Shown here: piece after piece, positions 44,404 through 50,552 of the stretch
Layout: each line of letters opens with the position of its first letter
Numbering within the stretch: position 1 is the first letter of the stretch
Source: Gallionellaceae bacterium
GTDB lineage: Bacteria > Pseudomonadota > Gammaproteobacteria > Burkholderiales > Gallionellaceae
Length of the DNA stretch: 50,552 bases
Assembly (NCBI GenBank): GCA_041490205.1
Contig: JBGPSQ010000001.1
Location: 1 to 50,552, forward strand
Reading direction: 5' to 3'
Notes under the pieces: model-generated
What the model was told of the DNA's origin: nothing
Databases searched by the model: none
The model's input: only the letters and a program-made list of their open reading frames with translations
Program-made: the position numbers and the translations under genes

Positions 44404-45366
44404 TTAAGGAACGATGATCTGATCGCTGTGACCTGCTTTCGGATCGGCTTCATCGGTGGCTGCCAGAACCGTGATGGCGCCGCGCATTGCAGCACCCATG
44501 CGGTGGTCAACGATTGCAACACCTGCTACGCCGTGGGTCTTCTTGGGCGTGGGGGCGATGATGTCGAATGTATCACCCTCGGCCACGGCGACGTTGTAGG
44601 TCTGGATACCATACAGCGTGTTCTTCGGGTTGCCGTTGATGTATACGCGGTCCCAGATGCCGGCGATAGGATGCAGCGCAACCGGGGAGTTGATGTTGGC
44701 GTTCACGAAATAGATACGCACGCGCTCGCCCGGCTTGGCCATCAACATGTTATGAGCGGGCTTTGCTTCCGGATCATGCACGGGGTCATAGTGGAACAGC
44801 TTGCCGTTGATCAGGGTGCCCTTCTCGCCGACGTTATCCAGCATGGCGTTGTAGTTCTCGACATCCGGGAAGTACTGTTGTTGCACCAGGACATACTCGC
44901 GGTCGGCCTTCGGATAGTTCTTCTTGTCCTTGGGTTCGACCAGGATCACGCCATACATGCCACGCGCGATGTGCTGCTGCATTGGCATTGCACCGCAGTG
45001 GTACATGAATACGCCGGGAACTTTGGCTTGGAACTTGAAATGCTTGGTTTCGCCCGGCTTGACCGGTGCGAACTCGTCCAGCACGTTCACCTGGGCGGCA
45101 TGGAAGTCCATGGCGTGGGAGTTCTTGTTCTCTGCCGGATTGGTCAGGGTAAAGTCAACGGTATCGCCCTCATCCACGCGCACTACCTTGCCGGGAATGG
45201 TGCCGTCAAACGTCCAGGCTGCCATTGTCGTTCCCTTGCCGTCAACGACAACGTCAACTTCCTTGGCGGTCATGTTGACGACCACTTCTTTAGCAAACAC
45301 TTGCTGGGCCGAAACGAGCCCGGCAGCTGCCATAAAGGCAAATGTCAATTTCTTGAATTCACGCAT
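44404..45366 (-). CDS. nirK: Copper-containing nitrite reductase-like two-domain cupredoxin (NirK)
   Basis: 320 aa with a signal peptide. T1/T2 copper ligand pattern: NSHAMDFHAA (His-T1, Asp, His-T2), YHCG (His-T2, Cys-T1), QQHIARGM (His, Met), LHPIAG (catalytic His) and IVDHRMG (third T2 His). SD AGGAGAGG. Confidence 0.8.
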   Translation of the reverse strand: MREFKKLTFAFMAAAGLVSAQQVFAKEVVVNMTAKEVDVVVDGKGTTMAAWTFDGTIPGKVVRVDEGDTVDFTLTNPAENKNSHAMDFHAAQVNVLDEFAPVKPGETKHFKFQAKVPGVFMYHCGAMPMQQHIARGMYGVILVEPKDKKNYPKADREYVLVQQQYFPDVENYNAMLDNVGEKGTLINGKLFHYDPVHDPEAKPAHNMLMAKPGERVRIYFVNANINSPVALHPIAGIWDRVYINGNPKNTLYGIQTYNVAVAEGDTFDIIAPTPKKTHGVAGVAIVDHRMGAAMRGAITVLAATDEADPKAGHSDQIIVP

Positions 45367-45452
45367 TTCACACCTCTCCTGGTTGATTAAAACAATACAA
45401 CTTCTTCCTACTCGCTTTTGTTACTAGCTGCTTTCTACAAACTTCCTTTGCT

Positions 45453-45824
45453 TCAGGAACCGAATTTGCATTTGCACAACTTGCGCAAATGCTGGACCAT
45501 GTCCTTAATCTCATCGTCGCTCAGGGTGTCTCCCCACGGCGGCATCAGGACGGATTTTTCTATCGAAGGGCCGCCTTCCTTGATGACCTTGAACAGCGTG
45601 TCGTCGGAACGCGCGGACATGGACTTGGCGTCGGTGTGGTCGCGCGGCTGCACCGACATGTCGCGGATGTTGACGCCCTTGCCGTTGCCGTCCATGCCGT
45701 GGCACTGGACGCAATAAGTCTTGTAATTGTCGGCGGCGGTTTCCTTGCCCAGGGCGGGCAGGCTTGCCAATGCCAGCGGCACCAGCGCCAGCAGGAGCTT
45801 GGCCGGGAATTTATTTGGCGTCAT
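45453..45824 (-). CDS. ncgC: Monohaem cytochrome c (NcgC-like)
   Basis: 123 aa with a signal peptide, a single CVQCH haem motif, and the distal Met region ..VLMPPWG.. Confidence 0.8.
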   Translation of the reverse strand: MTPNKFPAKLLLALVPLALASLPALGKETAADNYKTYCVQCHGMDGNGKGVNIRDMSVQPRDHTDAKSMSARSDDTLFKVIKEGGPSIEKSVLMPPWGDTLSDDEIKDMVQHLRKLCKCKFGS

Positions 45825-46518
45825 TTTGTTTTTCTCCTAGTACATTGAAGAAATACACCAGCTTTATGATGTTCTGGTCCGAGACATGCTTGTTGGGCAT
45901 CCAGGTCTTTGGATCCCATGCCTGCGGGTTGCGGATGAAGCTGGCGATATATTCCGGCTGCAAGCGTTTCGACACCGTGTAGAGTTCCGGGCCGGAGAGC
46001 CCTCCCTCATCCGGCTCGTAACGGTGGCAGGCCATGCAGCCCAAGGCTTTGTCGAATACCAACTCGCCCATGAATTCGGAAACCGTTCCCGGCTCGATTT
46101 TTTCCATGGCGATCAGGTCGCTTTTCGGCTTGAACTGCATCAGCGCCTTGGCAACGGATGCGGCATCGTCCTTTGACAGTGATACATGATCCTTGAGCGT
46201 GGACGCATCCACTTCATCGCGCTTGTCGCCGCGCTTGATGTGATCGCCGTAAAATTGCCCGGCTGGCCGAATGCGCTGCGGCTTTTGCAGCCAGGATACG
46301 ATCCAGTCCTCGCGATACTTGTTGCCCGCATAGAAAAGATCCGGCCCTTTTCTCGCCCACAGATCCTTCAGGGTTTGCGGCGACGGCCCCTTCAGGTTGT
46401 GGCAGGAGGCGCAGTCTTTTTCCAGCATGGCATTGCCGTCCGAGGCCAGCGCCGCCGATGGGAGTGCTGCCACGGACGAGAGAATAACGGCGGGGAGGAT
46501 GAAGGCATTCCAGCGCAT
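45811..46518 (-). CDS. ncgB: Dihaem cytochrome c (NcgB-like)
   Basis: 235 aa with a signal peptide and two CxxCH motifs (CASCH, CMACH). Confidence 0.8.
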   Translation of the reverse strand: MRWNAFILPAVILSSVAALPSAALASDGNAMLEKDCASCHNLKGPSPQTLKDLWARKGPDLFYAGNKYREDWIVSWLQKPQRIRPAGQFYGDHIKRGDKRDEVDASTLKDHVSLSKDDAASVAKALMQFKPKSDLIAMEKIEPGTVSEFMGELVFDKALGCMACHRYEPDEGGLSGPELYTVSKRLQPEYIASFIRNPQAWDPKTWMPNKHVSDQNIIKLVYFFNVLGEKQNDAK

Positions 46519-46520
46519 GG

Positions 46521-47564
46521 TTATTGCCCTTTATGCGAACGCGTTACCGGCGTGCCTGCGAAATTGGGGTTGCCGAACATTCCGTAGCCTTTTTTCATTG
46601 ATTCGCTGTAGAAGAAGTCCGGGTCGTATTTCTTGTCCTTGTATGCATACCAGGAATCCTGGGGAACGCCGTCGTATTCGATGACCGTGATCGGACCGCC
46701 CAGCATGCCGCCCATGTACAGGTGGCGGTCTACGTGGTCGTGGAAGATGAAGAGGCCGGGATTGTTCATCTGCACGATGGTGTCGTAACGCTCGCCGGGC
46801 CCGACCGGAACGGTGTCAACGAAATAAGGGTTGGGAAGCGCATAACCATCCTTGAAGCTGAGCAACTGGTCATGGCCGTGCAGGTGCAGTTCATGCAACT
46901 CGTCGCCCGCGCCATACATGCGGAATCTCAGCACGTCGCCTTTCTTGACGCGGATCGGCTGGGACAGCGGGAAGGATTTTGCGTTTACGGAGAAATAATC
47001 CGATACGTCGGAGGGCGCTCCGCCCTTGCCGTAAACCGAGGAATAGGCCGATTCCCAGGTGCTCATCATCATGATGACATCCTTGGTGATTTTCTTTTCA
47101 TTTGCAGTCGGTTTCTTGGGATCGATGATGAGCGGACCCCACATGCCTCGCGTAGCCACATGCTCCCAGACGTTGACGTGGCAGTGATACCACAGGCTGC
47201 CCGGGCGGTCGGCTACCCAATGGTAGGTGTAGGTGTCACCGGGTTCGATCGCCTTCTGGGTGACGCCGGGCACGCCATCGCTCTGCCAGGTTCCGGTCTG
47301 GTTGACCCCGTGCCAGTGGATGGTGTGGGAGAGCGAAGTGTTGTTCGTCACATGCACAGTGACGTCGTCCCCTTCCTTGATGTGGATCAGCGGACCGGGC
47401 ACCTGCCCGTTGAACGCAAACACATTGGTGGTGAAACCGGGGGCGACTGTGATGGTCACCTCGTCTATGGTCATGTTGAATTCGCGATGATCCGCCCAAC
47501 TGACGGCAGGCATTAACGCGAATAAGAAAACTGCCGCTTTTAACAATCCTTTGGTCAATCCCAT
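46521..47564 (-). CDS. ncgA: Two-domain multicopper oxidase (NcgA-like)
   Basis: The start is at MGLTKGLLKAAVFLF (ATG 47564), with SD AGGAGGAG 3-5 nt upstream. Copper motifs in order: HTIHWHG, WYHCHVNVWEH..GM, HELHLHGH, FHDHVDRH. Confidence 0.85.
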   Translation of the reverse strand: MGLTKGLLKAAVFLFALMPAVSWADHREFNMTIDEVTITVAPGFTTNVFAFNGQVPGPLIHIKEGDDVTVHVTNNTSLSHTIHWHGVNQTGTWQSDGVPGVTQKAIEPGDTYTYHWVADRPGSLWYHCHVNVWEHVATRGMWGPLIIDPKKPTANEKKITKDVIMMMSTWESAYSSVYGKGGAPSDVSDYFSVNAKSFPLSQPIRVKKGDVLRFRMYGAGDELHELHLHGHDQLLSFKDGYALPNPYFVDTVPVGPGERYDTIVQMNNPGLFIFHDHVDRHLYMGGMLGGPITVIEYDGVPQDSWYAYKDKKYDPDFFYSESMKKGYGMFGNPNFAGTPVTRSHKGQ

Positions 47565-47593
47565 GCTCTCCTCCTGTTGTTCGCCCATATATG

Positions 47594-47616
47594 TAGATGC
47601 ATTATAAATACATCTT
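47594..47616 (-). promoter_or_regulatory. NsrR-type operator (11-1-11 inverted repeat) overlapping a TATAAT -10 box of the ncgABC-nirK promoter
   Basis: TAGATGCATTA-T-AAATACATCTT compared with the NsrR consensus as I recall it, AAnATGCATTT-n-AAATGCATnTT: 19 of 22 half-site positions match (two of these are consensus n, so 17 of 20 specified positions). On the minus strand the element contains TATAAT (plus 47601-47606). It lies 30-52 nt upstream of ATG 47564. Confidence 0.6.
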
Positions 47617-47885
47617 TTAACTGGAAATTTCCCGCCCATTTTCTTACCGCCCGCCCATTTTTTATGGCGGGCCGTTCCCGTGCCAGTATTTCAGTCTGTT
47701 AACACCGGTGCGACAAATTGCCGCACACTATTCCACTATCAGAAACGGTTGTCAATGATTTAATGCATTCAAAGTACATAAAATGCACCACAAGGAGGCG
47801 CTTGATTATATATCGTTATATATCAATACAATGTGAGCGATTTCCCGTATGGGGGGTGGGGCTTTTTGAGGTTTGAACCGGACGT

Positions 47886-48629
47886 TTAGCCCGGTAAGAT
47901 TTCCCATTTAACGGTACCGGCGGCATCGCAATACAGCGCGTTTGCCCGGGTATCCCAATCCCCCAGCACCCAGCGTTCGCAGGTGTATCCGTCCAAGTGC
48001 AAAACATGGTGCCCGGGGCGGTGGGTATGGCCGTGGATGAGGTTGGGATAGTGGTGCTCGCGCAGCAAACCCAGGACGGCCTCGTTATTTACGTCCATGA
48101 TTTCATAGCTTTTTACTTGCTTTTCATCACGGCTGCGAGCGCGAAGCTGGGTGATGAAAGCCTTGCGTGCCGCCAGCGGCTGGGCGAGAAATTGCCGTTG
48201 CCAGACAGGATCATGCACTTGCTTGCGGTAGGTCTGATAGGCGTGATCGTCGGTGCACAACTGGTCGCCATGCGAAAGCAGGGTCGGCTCGCCATACAGG
48301 TCTATCAGGGTGGGGTCAGGCAATAGCGTGGCGCCGCAAGCGCGCTCCAGTTCCTGGCCCATCAGCAGGTCGCGGTTGCCGTGCATCAGGCAGATGCGCG
48401 TGCCGCCGGAGGAAAGTGTTTGCAGCGCCTTGATGATGCGCCTGTGGAATGGGTCGTCGCGGTCATCGTCGCCCGCCCAAGCCTCGAACAGGTCGCCAAG
48501 GATATAAAGGGCTTCCGCCTGCGGGGCGGTGTGCTGCGCGAAGCGCAGGAACAATTGGGCGCTTTTGGGTTGTTCGGCGCTAAGATGCAGGTCGGAGATA
48601 AAAAGGGTGTGTCGCATTGTTGTGGGCAT
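47886..48629 (-). CDS. lpxH: UDP-2,3-diacylglucosamine pyrophosphatase
   Basis: ..TLFISDLHL..LYILGDLFEAWAGDDD..MHGNRDLL..GHTHRP are calcineurin-like metallophosphoesterase motifs in the LpxH arrangement. Alternative start ATG 48617. Confidence 0.9.
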   Translation of the reverse strand: MPTTMRHTLFISDLHLSAEQPKSAQLFLRFAQHTAPQAEALYILGDLFEAWAGDDDRDDPFHRRIIKALQTLSSGGTRICLMHGNRDLLMGQELERACGATLLPDPTLIDLYGEPTLLSHGDQLCTDDHAYQTYRKQVHDPVWQRQFLAQPLAARKAFITQLRARSRDEKQVKSYEIMDVNNEAVLGLLREHHYPNLIHGHTHRPGHHVLHLDGYTCERWVLGDWDTRANALYCDAAGTVKWEILPG

Positions 48630-48644
48630 TCAGCACCTGTTTTA

Positions 48645-48670
48645 CCCCTCTCGCGCAAGCCGGAGAGGGG
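48645..48670. repeat. REP-like GC hairpin between lpxH and ppiA
   Basis: CCCCTCTC (48645-48652) pairs with GAGAGGGG (48663-48670) around a 10-nt loop. It shares the CCCTCTC/GAGAGGG core with the element at 313-389. Confidence 0.4.
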
Positions 48671-48692
48671 GAACGCGAAGTGATGGAGGGAG

Positions 48693-49307
48693 TTATTTCA
48701 CAACTTCTGCCTTGGTGATGACGACATCTTCCACCGGCACATCCTGGAACGAGCCGCGGAAGCCGGTCTCAACCTTGCGGATTGCATCCACGACCTCAGT
48801 GCCTTTCACCACTTTGCCGAACACGCAATAGCCATAGCCTTGAGAGGTGGGAGCGGTGTAATTGAGGAAACCGTTGTCCTTCACGTTGATGAAGAATTGC
48901 GCGGTGGCCGATTGGGGGTCGCTGGTGCGCGCCATGGCAATGGTGTAGTTGTCATTGGAGAGACCATTCGCCGCTTCGTTCTTGACCGGAGCGCGGGTGG
49001 GCTTTTGTTTCATGCTGGGCTCGAAGCCGCCGCCCTGGATCATGAAGTTGCTGATCACACGGTGGAATATGGTGCCGTTATAAAAGCCGCTGTTCACGTA
49101 TTCAAGAAAGTTCTTGACGGTTTCCGGGGCTTTTTCGGCGTCCAGTTCGATTGTAATGTCACCTTTATTGGTGTGCAGTATGACCATGTTCGGTTTTCCT
49201 TTGTTTGCGGGATGAGGGGAATCTGCCTGCGCCTGAGCGATGGGCAGTGCAGCAATACATAAAGCGGTTAGCAGCAGGGCAAATAATTTTGCGGATAGCG
49301 ATTTCAT
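48693..49307 (-). CDS. ppiA: Periplasmic cyclophilin-type peptidyl-prolyl isomerase
   Basis: Start at [13 protein letters not shown] (signal peptide) with SD GAGGA. Cyclophilin core: ..[15 protein letters not shown].., ..[22 protein letters not shown].., ..[15 protein letters not shown]. Confidence 0.9.
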   Translation of the reverse strand: MKSLSAKLFALLLTALCIAALPIAQAQADSPHPANKGKPNMVILHTNKGDITIELDAEKAPETVKNFLEYVNSGFYNGTIFHRVISNFMIQGGGFEPSMKQKPTRAPVKNEAANGLSNDNYTIAMARTSDPQSATAQFFINVKDNGFLNYTAPTSQGYGYCVFGKVVKGTEVVDAIRKVETGFRGSFQDVPVEDVVITKAEVVK

Positions 49308-49354
49308 GTACGGTGTCCTCAAGTTAGGTAAAGTCTTGATGTCGGCTGCCTGGC

Positions 49355-49951
49355 TCATGGCTTGGCCGGAGTCGCGCCTGCTGGCGCGGAGGCGGCAGCA
49401 GGTATCGTCACAGTCTGCGCGCGCGCAGTGCTTTTCGGAAACAGTTGCCGTACGGTTGCCAGCTTGGACTGAAGGCTGGAATTGTTGGGATCCAGTTGCA
49501 ACGCCCGTTCATATTCCTTGCTCGCCATCTTGGCATAGATCTCGCCGAGATTTTCATGCGCCAGGGCATAGGTGGGCTGGATGTGGATGGCCATTTCCAC
49601 CGAGGTCTTCGCCTTTTCGTATTGTCCCTGCAGGGCATACAGCAGGCCCAGGTTGTTATAGGGTTCTGGCCGGTCGGGCGCGTCCTCGGTAAGCGCCTGG
49701 TAAACCGCGATGGCGTCATCAGTTTTGCCTTTTTCGATCAGGATGACCCCTTTGAGGAAGCGCGCCTGTATATCCTTGGGCTTGCTGGCAAGGATGCTCT
49801 CCACCTTTTCCAACGCCTGATCGTATTGCTTTTGTTTGTAAAGTTTTTGGGCGTCCTGCACCTCGTCGGCATGGGCGGCAAGGCCGAAGCACAGCAACAG
49901 AGCGCCTGTGCAAAGCAGGGCGAGCGGGCGAAAGCGATAAAACGGATTCAT
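49355..49951 (-). CDS. TPR-repeat periplasmic protein
   Basis: Signal peptide [28 protein letters not shown] followed by three to four TPR units (..[12 protein letters not shown].., ..[12 protein letters not shown].., ..[17 protein letters not shown].., ..[15 protein letters not shown]..). Confidence 0.7.
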   Translation of the reverse strand: MNPFYRFRPLALLCTGALLLCFGLAAHADEVQDAQKLYKQKQYDQALEKVESILASKPKDIQARFLKGVILIEKGKTDDAIAVYQALTEDAPDRPEPYNNLGLLYALQGQYEKAKTSVEMAIHIQPTYALAHENLGEIYAKMASKEYERALQLDPNNSSLQSKLATVRQLFPKSTARAQTVTIPAAASAPAGATPAKP

Positions 49952-50143
49952 AATGGTTTTCCCAAAGCGGCAGAACAAGGCAGCAGAACCGGCATCAAGC
50001 CGTCAAAACGCTCGGGATTCTATCAAATAAGCCTCCCGGTTTCACGCGTTATCACGCATGAAATATGCCGCGCCCGCATAAGCTCGCGTGATTTCGGGTA
50101 AAATCAGCGTCATTTCACTCGCCAGAGCCCAACATTTCAGATT

Positions 50144-50552
50144 ATGAGCCGTGATGCATCAGAGCCGGTATCCCGGCCGCCCGTTTCCAATTTCATACGC
50201 ACCATCATCGATGCCGACCTTGCCAGCGGCAAGCATGGCAGCATCGTCACGCGCTTTCCGCCGGAGCCCAACGGCTACCTGCATGTCGGCCATGCCAAGT
50301 CCATCTGCCTCAATTTCGGGTTGGCGCAGGACTATCGGGGCAAGTGCAACCTGCGGTTCGACGACACCAATCCGGAAAAGGAAAATGCGGAATATGCCCA
50401 GTCCATCCAGGACGACGTGCGCTGGCTTGGCTTCGAGTGGAACGGGCAGGTGCGCTGGGCGTCGGACTATTTCGACGCGCTCTACGATTTCGCGGTGGAG
50501 CTCATCAACAAGGGGCTGGCCTATGTGGATGACCTTACGCCGGAGCAGATGC
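50144..50552 (+). CDS. glnS: Glutaminyl-tRNA synthetase, N-terminal fragment (continues past the window)
   Basis: My own translation from ATG 50144 gives [71 protein letters not shown].., containing the class I HIGH motif (HVGH) in GlnRS context. The ORF is absent from the track because it has no stop inside the window. Confidence 0.93.
   Translation, partial: MSRDASEPVSRPPVSNFIRTIIDADLASGKHGSIVTRFPPEPNGYLHVGHAKSICLNFGLAQDYRGKCNLRFDDTNPEKENAEYAQSIQDDVRWLGFEWNGQVRWASDYFDALYDFAVELINKGLAYVDDLTPEQM

Noticed and set aside
47802-47826. TTGAT...ATCAA, which looked like an FNR/Crp box upstream of the nirK cluster.
   Set aside because: The half-sites are 15 nt apart instead of the 4 nt required for FNR (TTGAT-N4-ATCAA). 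The interior is better described as a TTATATATC direct repeat.

Overview
The window reads as a roughly 60% GC chromosomal segment from a betaproteobacterial chemolithotroph. The lineage guess (Nitrosomonadales/Gallionellaceae-like) is inference from gene content only. I saw no transposase, integrase, phage gene or CRISPR array.

Left to right, the window contains:
- serS (3' end) and tRNA-Ser(CGA).
- A membrane-lipid block on the minus strand: dgkA, olsB, olsA, a PAP2 phosphatase and a GT4 glycosyltransferase.
- A four-gene lipoprotein operon (LPP20 / LpoB-like / COG3014-like / LPP20).
- rpoH, a Crp/Fnr regulator, and an MHS-type MFS transporter with a large extra domain.
- A stressosome-like signalling operon: GGDEF cyclase, a GHKL-kinase/PP2C fusion, an RsbR-like and an RsbS-like protein.
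- A hemolysin-III protein, ftsXEY, an M16 peptidase pair, rsmD, coaD and a YfhL-type ferredoxin.
- An orphan six-gene acyl-carrier cassette: ACP, soluble di-iron oxidase, PPTase, hotdog thioesterase, alpha/beta hydrolase and a fatty acyl-AMP ligase.
- A PLDc_N/TPR membrane protein and mutM.
- An Isp-type [NiFe] hydrogenase locus: hypC/hupF, hupK, hupD, hynS, isp1, isp2, hynL.
- A visibly AT-richer roughly 2 kb insert carrying one FAD-linked oxidase.
- cusB-cusA-cusF with no cusC.
- An ncgA-ncgB-ncgC-nirK copper/haem cluster, preceded by a near-consensus NsrR operator.
- lpxH, ppiA, a TPR protein and the 5' end of glnS.

The best candidates for something undescribed are the acyl-carrier/di-iron cassette (24.3-28.9 kb), the rearranged stressosome-to-c-di-GMP module (13.1-16.4 kb), the lipoprotein operon and the low-GC oxidase insert.

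All functional calls come from motif and family recognition by eye, with no searches run. Start codons are best guesses from ribosome-binding-site (SD) context.
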